Positions 29,677 to 37,888 of a stretch of DNA of 64,000 nucleotides are shown here, piece by piece (the stretch's first letter is position 1; every line of letters begins with the position of its first letter). Both the position numbers and the translations under genes were made by a program. The stretch is from an uncultured delta proteobacterium (GTDB taxonomy: Bacteria; Desulfobacterota; Desulfobacteria; Desulfobacterales; JAFDCJ01), in NCBI GenBank assembly GCA_963769935.1, contig CAVYNY010000013.1, forward strand, positions 384,001-448,000, in the 5' to 3' direction. The notes under the pieces are model-generated. The model was not told the origin of the DNA. It searched no databases and was given only the letters and a program-made list of their open reading frames with translations.

Positions 29677-29822
29677 GCACGAAAACACGAAATTAAAAAA
29701 GCACGAAATTTGTCTTTTCTCCTTTTCGTGTTTTTGCCTGCCCGGTTAAACCTTTTTTCTCTGTTTAACCGGGGTCCTTTCGCAATTAATTCCTTTTTTG
29801 GTTCCGGCTTGTCCGGGTTAAG
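29677..29822. repeat. Inverted CACGAAA arrays, REP-like hairpin and CCGGCTTGTCCGGGTTAAG motif
   Basis: Same composite as 7140-7282, with a nested CCCGGTTAAAC...GTTTAACCGGG hairpin. Confidence 0.7.
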
Positions 29823-29870
29823 GTCTGGTGATTTAGATTCGGAAACAGAAAGTCTGACTGGGATCTGCCA

Positions 29871-31271
29871 ATGAAATCAATTCTGGTGGTAAGCCGAGCG
29901 GAACACGCCTATGAACGCATTCTGTCGGTATTCAAATCAAACGACACAGTGAAAAAGGCTGCGGAAAGGACATCGGCGCTGGAGCTTCTCCATAAGAAGC
30001 GATTTGATATGATTTTCATTGATTTGAATGTGCTGAATAACATCGATGCCGGTGAGAATTACCAGGAAGCCCTGATGCCTTTCTGGCAGTTGCATCCATC
30101 CGTGGAAATCATTGTCATGACACCTCAGGAAAAGATACGCAGCGCCGTCAAAGCTGTCAAAGCCGGCGCCAGTGATTATCTCACCTACCCGCTGGACGCC
30201 GAAGAATTGAAGTTGGTATCGGAAAATATAAACAAAACCAGAATGTTGCAGTCTGAGCTGGACTACCTGCGGGGTCAATTCGGACGAACGGACTTATGTG
30301 AGCTTTTAATGACCCACAGCGAACCGATGAAGAAGGTTTATCAACAAATCCGGTCTGTATCCCCGACCAAGAGTACCGTGCTGCTGATCGGTGAAACCGG
30401 AACCGGCAAGAGCGTCCTGTCAAAGCTGATTCATCGGCAGAGCAACCGCAAAGATGCGCCGTTTATCAGCTTCCATTGCGGCGCTATACCGGACACATTG
30501 ATCGAAAGTGAATTGTTTGGACACGAAAAGGGGTCTTTCACCGGAGCGGTGCGCCGAAAATTAGGCAAATTCGAATTTGCAACGGGCGGTACGATTTTTC
30601 TGGATGAGATCGGCACGATCACTCCGGCAGCTCAAATCAAACTGTTGCAGGTTCTGCAGGACGGAACGTATCAACGGGTCGGCGGCGAAGAGACCCTGAA
30701 AACCGATGTCAGGATTATTACGGCCACGAATGCCGACCTTAAAAAAATGTGCGACGAGGGAACGTTCAGAAAGGATCTGTATTACCGACTGAATGTTTTT
30801 CCGATTGAGATTCCGCCCCTGCGGGAAAGATTGGATGATATCCCGCTGTTTATCGACACTTTTTTAAAAAAACTGAACCAATTTTCACAAAAAAAGATTC
30901 ACGGCGTGCACCCGCTGGTAATAGAGTTTTTTCAGAAGTACGCCTGGCCGGGTAACATCCGGGAACTGGAAAATCTGGTCGAAAGAGCCTGTATCCTGGA
31001 AGTCTCCTCTGTATTGACGCCGGAAAGTTTTCCCGGCGAACTCTTCGATCCCGAAACGACCTCTGTATTTATTCCTTCCAGTGAGCATATGAATCTGGCG
31101 GAGGCCAGGCAGCGGGGCATAGAGGAAATCGAAAGGAAATATATCAAGGATGTTCTAACCCGCAACAAAGGCCGGATTAATGAATCCGCCGGCGATGCCG
31201 GCATAAGTTCCCGTCAGCTGAATAAATTGATGAACCGCTACGGCATACGTAAAGAAGAGTTTAAAGTTTAA
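29871..31271 (+). CDS. Sigma54-dependent activator (NtrC-like bEBP) 2 with atypical receiver domain
   Basis: GETGTGKS, ESELFGHEKGSFTGA, FLDEI, WPGNIREL, HTH. Clear paralog of 18832-20238. Confidence 0.95.
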   Translation: MKSILVVSRAEHAYERILSVFKSNDTVKKAAERTSALELLHKKRFDMIFIDLNVLNNIDAGENYQEALMPFWQLHPSVEIIVMTPQEKIRSAVKAVKAGASDYLTYPLDAEELKLVSENINKTRMLQSELDYLRGQFGRTDLCELLMTHSEPMKKVYQQIRSVSPTKSTVLLIGETGTGKSVLSKLIHRQSNRKDAPFISFHCGAIPDTLIESELFGHEKGSFTGAVRRKLGKFEFATGGTIFLDEIGTITPAAQIKLLQVLQDGTYQRVGGEETLKTDVRIITATNADLKKMCDEGTFRKDLYYRLNVFPIEIPPLRERLDDIPLFIDTFLKKLNQFSQKKIHGVHPLVIEFFQKYAWPGNIRELENLVERACILEVSSVLTPESFPGELFDPETTSVFIPSSEHMNLAEARQRGIEEIERKYIKDVLTRNKGRINESAGDAGISSRQLNKLMNRYGIRKEEFKV

Positions 31272-31274
31272 ATC

Positions 31275-31490
31275 CGGAATCCAAAATTCCGGGTATCAAA
31301 AATATCGGAATCTGCAATTCCTAACCCATCGTCTCACAAACCCCCACAGTCGGCTTTATTTTCACGTCCCATCAGCCGTCCCTGTTCGCCCCCCTGCAGC
31401 GAGTCGGAACCAATGGTTCCGAAATTAATTTCATCCAAATAAAATAATAATACAATTTCAATACGTTAGGAATTTGGCATCAGGATTGCA
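31275..31490 (+). promoter_or_regulatory. Sigma54 promoter module: three UAS, IHF-like site, -24/-12
   Basis: UAS at 31275-31291, 31306-31322 and 31405-31421; TTTCAA-N4-TTA at 31456-31468; TGGCAT-CAGGA-TTGCA at 31475-31490. Confidence 0.85.
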
Positions 31491-31518
31491 CTGCATAGCT
31501 GTTCAAAAAGCCAGGATA

Positions 31519-31758
31519 ATGAAAGCAACATCTATGGACAGCATAAGAGGCATCGTCATACCTTCAGATTGGGACAGCAACGGCAATGTAATCTCGCTTT
31601 CGATTGCAACCCGTGATGAGGAAGAATACATCATTGAAAACCATCATGATCTCTCAGATCTAAAAAAGCTTTTGAGACGGGAAGTGGTGGTGAACGGTTC
31701 CATCAAATGCCGCAATAATTCTAAAGTTATCGACGTGAAGTCCATTCGGGTTGAATAA
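31519..31758 (+). CDS. Small hypothetical beta-strand (OB-fold-like) protein, paralog C
   Basis: Paralog of A and B; start placed downstream of the promoter. Confidence 0.8.
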   Translation: MKATSMDSIRGIVIPSDWDSNGNVISLSIATRDEEEYIIENHHDLSDLKKLLRREVVVNGSIKCRNNSKVIDVKSIRVE

Positions 31759-31994
31759 GGCGTTCCGTCGTATCCGGCAGCTTCGCAAATGTCCCTGACC
31801 CTGCAACCCCTCAAATCGGTATCTGTCAGCTATTCCTCAGGTTAGTCGGCCCAGCCGACGGAGAAAATCCCTTGATATTGGCCTGGTTTGGCGCAGCGGT
31901 TTTTACATTGCAGCGATAAACTTCGCTTATTTTTGGGCCAATCATTGCGAGGGGAGTCCCTTTGAAAAATTATTGCGCCGGATATCGAAATGAG

Positions 31995-32211
31995 GAGAAC
32001 TGTTGATTCCGAACCAATTAAAAACAGGAACCTGTAATTCCGGTTTAAATTTTAAAATAATTCCAGTAGGTTATCATGCCATATAAAGACCTGAGCGTTT
32101 CAAAGCAAGATGTGCTATGTCGATCCCGGAATCAGCCGTTCCTATTCGATCCAAATTAGAACCATATTTCTTTAAATTTCAATATGTTAAATGTTTGGCA
32201 CACCTATTGCT
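31995..32211 (+). promoter_or_regulatory. Sigma54 promoter module: three UAS, IHF-like site, -24/-12
   Basis: UAS at 31995-32011, 32026-32042 and 32127-32143; TTTCAA-N4-TTA at 32177-32189; TGGCAC-ACCTA-TTGCT at 32196-32211. Confidence 0.85.
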
Positions 32212-32315
32212 CTTAGCGATGTGTCTTACTGCTTTGCCTTTAACTCGTCTGTGTTGATTCTTTCGAAGTACTTGATGAACCGGAATTCGAGGTCTGATGA
32301 CCCGCCGAGGGTGCA

Positions 32316-32531
32316 ATGAATCGAAGCGACAAAAAAAGTTCTGAATTTGAAGATCTGGAAGTAGATGACCAGCTTGCCGATGTCGGCCAGCCGGATTTTT
32401 GGGAAAGCGACAAGGAAGCGCCGAAGCGCACTCCGATACGCAGAAAAAACCGCTCTCGCGTTGACGAATTTGAGCCGAAAAACAAACGTGACGATAAGAG
32501 GAAAAACAAGCCTCTTAAATATGATTGGTGA
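32316..32531 (+). CDS. Small charged hypothetical protein (acidic N-half, basic C-half)
   Basis: 71 aa, GAGG RBS; stop overlaps the dksA start (TGATG). Confidence 0.6.
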   Translation: MNRSDKKSSEFEDLEVDDQLADVGQPDFWESDKEAPKRTPIRRKNRSRVDEFEPKNKRDDKRKNKPLKYDW

Positions 32532-32893
32532 TGGAACAAAACGACTTAGACTATTTCAAGAAACTTCTCACAAAGTGGCTGGCAGAACTCCTCAGTCAGG
32601 CAGGTAATACTGTGCTGGGTTTGAGAGACACGGAGGACAATTTGTCGGACCCTCTGGATCGGGCTGCCTATGATACGGAACGCAGCTACCTGCTACGCAT
32701 GCGGGATAGAGAAAGCGTCCTCATCAAGAAAATCAAGAGGTCATTGGAGGATATCGAAGACGGAAGCTACGGTATTTGTGAGGACTGCGGTGCCGACATC
32801 TCGATTAAACGCTTAAAAGCCCGGCCCGTCGCCAGACGATGTATAGAGTGCAAAACCAGGCAGGAAAACATTGAAAAATTAATCGGTGCCTGA
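32531..32893 (+). CDS. dksA: RNA polymerase-binding protein DksA
   Basis: DPLDRA tip, RDRE, YGICEDC...RLKARP...CIECK. Confidence 0.92.
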   Translation: MEQNDLDYFKKLLTKWLAELLSQAGNTVLGLRDTEDNLSDPLDRAAYDTERSYLLRMRDRESVLIKKIKRSLEDIEDGSYGICEDCGADISIKRLKARPVARRCIECKTRQENIEKLIGA

Positions 32894-32948
32894 TAAAATT
32901 CAACCTGTCTTCCTGATTAAATAAACTCCAGAAAATCAAACTGCGGAG

Positions 32949-33173
32949 ATGCTAAAAATGCCTCTAAAGCAACCGTATGAGCACACCGGCAGCCAGCGTC
33001 TATCTTCCAGGGACGAAGCAGACGACGGAGATCTGCATGAAATTGAATACAACGACAAGATGAAGGTTGAGTGCATTTGTCCCAAATGCGGCCAGAGGCA
33101 CATAATGACCTTTCATTGGATCGGCAGGGGAACACCCCGCAAGTATTGCCCCGCCTGCAAAGTTAACAATTAA
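32949..33173 (+). CDS. Small zinc-ribbon protein
   Basis: CICPKCG...H...WIGRGTPRKYCPAC; GGAG RBS. Confidence 0.75.
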   Translation: MLKMPLKQPYEHTGSQRLSSRDEADDGDLHEIEYNDKMKVECICPKCGQRHIMTFHWIGRGTPRKYCPACKVNN

Positions 33174-33214
33174 GCAAAAATTAAAGCAAACAATACATGA
33201 AGGGAGAATTGTTT

Positions 33215-33484
33215 ATGAACAAAGGAGATCTGATAAATGAGGTTGCTAAAATTGTCAATACCAAGAAGGCGGCGCAGGAAGCGGTCGATTGCGTGCTGAC
33301 ATCAATTACCAAATCCTTAAAAAAAGGGGATGATGTTACCCTGACCGGATTCGGAACCTTTAAGGTTGTTAAGCGCAAAGCCCGCAAAGGACGCAATCCG
33401 TTCACCGGCGAAGAAATCAAAATTAAAGCAACCAAGGCTCCCAAATTCAGCCCGGCCAAAGCTTTAAAAGAGGCGGTCAAATAA
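33215..33484 (+). CDS. hup: HU-family DNA-binding protein
   Basis: MNKGDLI...GFGTF...RKARKGRNP...PKFSPAKALK. Confidence 0.95.
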   Translation: MNKGDLINEVAKIVNTKKAAQEAVDCVLTSITKSLKKGDDVTLTGFGTFKVVKRKARKGRNPFTGEEIKIKATKAPKFSPAKALKEAVK

Positions 33485-33511
33485 GACCATAAAATACGGT
33501 TCAATATTCTT

Positions 33512-33549
33512 CAAAACGGCAGAAATCAGCTTCGATTCCTGCCGTTTTG
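33512..33549. terminator. Hairpin / probable intrinsic terminator after hup
   Basis: CAAAACGGCAG...CTGCCGTTTTG inverted repeat. Confidence 0.6.
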
Positions 33550-33568
33550 TATTTGGGAAATCGCCCGT

Positions 33569-33597
33569 TTGACAAATGATATCAAGCTCATTATATA
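33569..33597 (+). promoter_or_regulatory. Sigma70-type promoter
   Basis: TTGACA-17 bp-TATATA upstream of the glycosyltransferase. Confidence 0.55.
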
Positions 33598-33642
33598 GAC
33601 TGGAGATAAGATGGTAATTTAAGGAGGTCACACGGGGACAGG

Positions 33643-34905
33643 ATGGCAAAGAATATTGGATTCGTATCGACTCGATTTGCCGGAACCGATGGCGTTACCC
33701 TGGAAACCAGCAAATGGGCCCGGGTTCTCAAGCAGATGGGACATAATTATTTTTGGTTTGCAGGCCGTTTAGACCGCAGCCCCGCCAAAAGCTTCCTGGT
33801 GCCGGAGGCTTTTTTTCAGGATGAAAAAAATCGCTGGATCGATCAGCAAATTTTCGGCAGAAAACAGCGCGACCCGGCTGTCACCGAGGCGATCCACGAG
33901 CTGAAAAATTACCTCAAAATGAAGTTGCAGGCCTTCATTCAAAAATTTCGCATCGACCTGCTGGTAGCTCAAAATATACTGACCATTCCAATGCACATCC
34001 CCCTGGGCATCGCCTTGACCGAGCTTATTGCCGAAACCCAAATACCGACCATAGCCCATCACCACGATTTCTACTGGGAGCGCACCCGTTTCATGGTGAA
34101 TGCCGTCGGTGACTATCTGAGGATGGCGTTTCCACCAAATCTGCCCAACATCCAGCACGTCGTTATTAATTCAGCCGCCCAGGAGGAATTGGCGCTGCGC
34201 ACCGGGATTTCATCCATCATTATTCCCAATGTGCAGGACTTTGGCAACCCGCCCACGGTTGACCATGAAGTAACCCTGGATTTTCGCAAATCCTTGAATC
34301 TGAACCCGAATGAAAAAATAATTTTACAGCCTACCCGCATCGTTCAGCGCAAAGGCATCGAGCATGCAATCCAGTTGGTGGAAGAGCTGGAGGATCCGAG
34401 CTACAAACTGGTCATATCGCATGAAGCCGGAGATGAAGGCTACGACTATTTGGAATGGCTCAAAGACAATGCCCGGGAAAGGGGTGTGGATCTGCGGCTG
34501 GTGGATATCCATATGTCCGATCCCATAAATCCGGATGTAAACCACGTCGATAAATATTCATTGTGGGATGTATATCCCCATGCCGATTTCATCACCTATC
34601 CCAGTCTGTATGAGGGATTCGGCAATGCATTTCTGGAAGCAGTTTACTTTAAAAAGCCGCTGTTGATCAACCGCTATGCCATTTTTGTAAGGGACATCGA
34701 ACCCATGGGGTTTGATTTGATTGTCATGGACGGCTACCTGACCCGCAAAACGGTGCAAAAAGTCAAAGAAGTATTGGAATCACCTGCGCGGCGGGATAAA
34801 ATGATCAACACGAATTTTGAAATCGCCAAAAAATATTATTCTTTTGCCGTACTGCACCGCTGGCTCGATGTAATCCTGACCAACTTCTTCGGGACCGAGG
34901 TTTAG
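33643..34905 (+). CDS. GT4 glycosyltransferase (mannosylglucosylglycerate synthase-like)
   Basis: TRFAGTDGVTLE, AHHHDFYWER, QPTRIVQRKGIE, YPSLYEGFGNAFLEA. Subfamily assigned from recalled motif similarity only. Confidence 0.85.
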   Translation: MAKNIGFVSTRFAGTDGVTLETSKWARVLKQMGHNYFWFAGRLDRSPAKSFLVPEAFFQDEKNRWIDQQIFGRKQRDPAVTEAIHELKNYLKMKLQAFIQKFRIDLLVAQNILTIPMHIPLGIALTELIAETQIPTIAHHHDFYWERTRFMVNAVGDYLRMAFPPNLPNIQHVVINSAAQEELALRTGISSIIIPNVQDFGNPPTVDHEVTLDFRKSLNLNPNEKIILQPTRIVQRKGIEHAIQLVEELEDPSYKLVISHEAGDEGYDYLEWLKDNARERGVDLRLVDIHMSDPINPDVNHVDKYSLWDVYPHADFITYPSLYEGFGNAFLEAVYFKKPLLINRYAIFVRDIEPMGFDLIVMDGYLTRKTVQKVKEVLESPARRDKMINTNFEIAKKYYSFAVLHRWLDVILTNFFGTEV

Positions 34906-34908
34906 GGT

Positions 34909-36162
34909 TCACCTTGACTGTTCGGCCTTCTGCGGCACATCTTCCATCTTTTTAACGATGTATTCCTTAATCCGCATCCCGTCCATCTCTTTGACCGTCA
35001 CGAGAAAATCTCCCAGCTGGAATTCTTCTTTTTCCCGCGGGATGCGGCCGATTTGATCCAGCACATAGCCGGAAAAAGTATCATATCCTTTCGAATCGGG
35101 AAGGCTCATCTGCAGCTTGTCATTGACTTCGTCGATTTCGGATTTGCCCAGCACGCGCCACTCGCTTTTATTCAGTTTGACGATGTGGGGCTCGATTTTA
35201 TCGGTTTCATCAACGATTTCACCAACAATTTCCTCAAGCGCGTCCTCCAGTGTTATCAGACCCGAAACACCGCCGTGTTCGTCCACAATGATGGCCATGT
35301 GCTGCTTTCTTTTTTTAAACTGCTGAAGCAGATTGTCTAATTTTTTATTTACCGGCACAAAATAAGGTTCGCTCATAATTTTGCGAACATCTATCGGATC
35401 GGATGATGCGATGTGGTGCATGAATAAATCTTTGATATTCAAAATCCCGATGACATGGTCAATATCCTCTTCGATGACGGGAATACGGGTGTACCCGGAA
35501 CGTATGATTTCCTTAAGATCGATCGGTTCATCCACATCGATGACAAACATATCCGCCCGGGGCGTCATTATTTCCGAGGCACTGGTATCATCAAACTCGA
35601 AAATGTTTTCTATCAGCTCCTTTTCTTCCTCTTCGATGCCGCCTTCCTCTTCAACCACTTCAACAAACGTCATCAGCTCTTCTTCGGTGACATGGGCTTT
35701 TTTTTGCATCTTACCGGTCAGTTTGGGAATGAAGTTCAGCATGATAATTATGGGCGTAAACAACACCGAGAACCAGTACAACGGAACGATAACCAGACGG
35801 GCAATCAGCACATTGTTGCGGGTGGCAATTGATTTGGGAAAGATTTCGCCGAAAATCAGAATGAGAAAGGTCATAATGCCGGTAGCAATCCCCACCGCAT
35901 TGCTGGCCACAAGGTTAAGGGTAATGGCCGTCGCCAACGCCGAAGCACCGACATTTACGACATTGTTTCCAATAAGGATGGTGGAAAGCAGCCGGTGAGG
36001 GTCGTCTTTCATTTTTTTGATCAACGAATTTATTAATCCCTTGCCTTTTGCAAGATGAATGGCTTTGGCTTTGCTGATGGAGAATAAAGCAGTTTCGGCA
36101 GAGGAGAAAAACCCGGAGAGCAAAAGGAGGACGCTTAAAATCACTATTTGGTCAACCAGCAT
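34909..36162 (-). CDS. HlyC/CorC (CNNM-CBS-CorC) family protein
   Basis: SGFFSSAETA, GEIFPK, IMTPR, YTRIPV, VDEHGG...TLEDALEEIVGEI. Alternative start at 36183. Confidence 0.93.
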   Translation of the reverse strand: MLVDQIVILSVLLLLSGFFSSAETALFSISKAKAIHLAKGKGLINSLIKKMKDDPHRLLSTILIGNNVVNVGASALATAITLNLVASNAVGIATGIMTFLILIFGEIFPKSIATRNNVLIARLVIVPLYWFSVLFTPIIIMLNFIPKLTGKMQKKAHVTEEELMTFVEVVEEEGGIEEEEKELIENIFEFDDTSASEIMTPRADMFVIDVDEPIDLKEIIRSGYTRIPVIEEDIDHVIGILNIKDLFMHHIASSDPIDVRKIMSEPYFVPVNKKLDNLLQQFKKRKQHMAIIVDEHGGVSGLITLEDALEEIVGEIVDETDKIEPHIVKLNKSEWRVLGKSEIDEVNDKLQMSLPDSKGYDTFSGYVLDQIGRIPREKEEFQLGDFLVTVKEMDGMRIKEYIVKKMEDVPQKAEQSR

Positions 36163-36408
36163 CTGTGTTCCCAGTATTGTCATCTAATTTTTCGCTTGTT
36201 TGAAAATGTCCTCTTTTCCCTGTGTGGTAAGAGTTTATGGCCATGGCAACGGTTCCGGACCACGATGGTGATCTGAGTATGTCATTGCCGGATAATTTTC
36301 TTTCCTTATTTTTGTGTGTTCGAAAGCTTTTGGCGGTGGCAAAGAATATAGTGACGCTCAACAAGCATGTCAAACGGGGCTGAGCCCGCCGGCTTTGCCG
36401 GCCGCCTA

Positions 36409-37071
36409 TCACAGCAGGGAGGCGCGTCGACGCTGCTTTCGAGCAGAGAATCCGATAATAAAACCCACCAGCAGAACGCCGGAGCCGGCTAAAAACCATT
36501 TGATATATTGGTTCAGCTCAACCCGGCCCAATTCTTCATCCAGCTTTGCGGCCCTTTTTGTCTGCTCCGCAAGATTTTCGCTGGCTTGCTTGTATTTTGC
36601 CTTAAGCGTTAGGAATTCGGCTGATCCGGCCTTCAGTTCCTTATAATCCTTGTCCACTTTCTGAAAGGTCTGTTGGGTGCTGCCGAGGGTCGACTTTAAA
36701 TTTTTGTTTTCCTCTTTAAGCTGCGTATTTTCTTCAAGCAGGGTCGCCGCCTGCTGGGACAAAGCTTTATCCTTATCCTGCAATTGTTCCAGTAAAACAT
36801 TGTGGGTCGGATCGGGGGTAAGATAGCGGGTTAAAACATACCCCTCTTTTTCGTCGGCAAGTCTCACCAGGGACCAATCTTCGCCGGGTTCCAGGACCTC
36901 TACCTTCTGGCCGGATTCAACCACAGCCAGAATTTTGTATTCGGTGCTTGGACCGCTGCGCAACGTCAGCTTAATCAGGTCCGTCACGTACATGCTTTCA
37001 GCATGCGAAATACCGGTAAAAATTGTCAGACACATAATAGTGAAAACCAGACGCTTGAGCTGTAAATTCAT
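36409..37071 (-). CDS. SH3-domain coiled-coil membrane-anchored protein (TIGR04211/YgiM-like)
   Basis: Signal peptide, YVTD...LRSGPS, coiled coil, C-terminal WFLAGSGVLLVG. Confidence 0.88.
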   Translation of the reverse strand: MNLQLKRLVFTIMCLTIFTGISHAESMYVTDLIKLTLRSGPSTEYKILAVVESGQKVEVLEPGEDWSLVRLADEKEGYVLTRYLTPDPTHNVLLEQLQDKDKALSQQAATLLEENTQLKEENKNLKSTLGSTQQTFQKVDKDYKELKAGSAEFLTLKAKYKQASENLAEQTKRAAKLDEELGRVELNQYIKWFLAGSGVLLVGFIIGFSARKQRRRASLL

Positions 37072-37282
37072 AAACGGCACACTCCCTGATAGAGATTGAC
37101 TAATTTTAATTGTCGCTTTATTTTACAATATTCTGTTAAAATAGCAAATTATGCCAACAATGTCTTTAAAAATGTTGCCGGTTGTGATAATCTAATTTTG
37201 CTATCGTCGTATTTATCTAAATTTATTATTAATTCATTGAAATTCAGCTTTGAGCTGTTTCTGGAAGATCGGAATTTTCGGT

Positions 37283-37708
37283 ATGATCGCATATGATTTA
37301 CAATGTACCCATGGTCATACTTTTGAAGGCTGGTTTGAAGATCGCAAAACTTACCTCGACCAGCAAAAAAAAGGACTGATCAGCTGTCCGGTTTGCAACG
37401 ATACCTCTGTGGACATCATGCCTTCGACGTTTGCCATTAAATCTTCGCCGGCTGACAAGTCCCGGCATCTGCCGGTTGAAGAAGCCGTCCTGGAAAAAAT
37501 TAGCAAAGAAGCCATTGAATTTGTTGAAAAAAACTTTGACAATGTCGGCTGCGAATTTGCAAAGGAAGCCCTGAAAATCCATTACGGTGCCGCTGAACCC
37601 CGCAACATCCGGGGAGTCAGCACCAAAGAAGAAGAAAAAACCCTCAAGGAAGAAGGCATCGAGTTCTTCAAGATCCCGTTGCCCGCCAGGCCTGATACGG
37701 ATTCATAA
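37283..37708 (+). CDS. DUF1178-family protein
   Basis: MIAYDLQC..GHTFEGWF...CPVC...FAKEALKIHYG...RNIRG. Confidence 0.9.
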   Translation: MIAYDLQCTHGHTFEGWFEDRKTYLDQQKKGLISCPVCNDTSVDIMPSTFAIKSSPADKSRHLPVEEAVLEKISKEAIEFVEKNFDNVGCEFAKEALKIHYGAAEPRNIRGVSTKEEEKTLKEEGIEFFKIPLPARPDTDS

Positions 37709-37888
37709 AAACCACGTCACCGTGCCCGATGATTTATCAATATCGATAATTTTCTCCCCCGCCACATAGTCGCCTGTTTCATACCGGGCAATATGCATGA
37801 GATTGCGCGACAATTGCCGCAAGGCATTAAGCTGTGCTTGGGCTTGATTTCATCCGGCCCTTCTCTTACGATGTTTCGGGAGGGAACT

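Noticed and set aside
31790..31870. CTGTCAGCTA..CCTCAGG resembling the 3' part of a c-di-AMP (ydaO) riboswitch
   Set aside because: The conserved 5' elements were not found; an Rfam scan would settle it.
37143..37156. TGGCAT-AAT-TTGCT on the minus strand as a sigma54 promoter
   Set aside because: The spacer is 2 bp too short for the strict GG-N10-GC rule, and no UAS is nearby.
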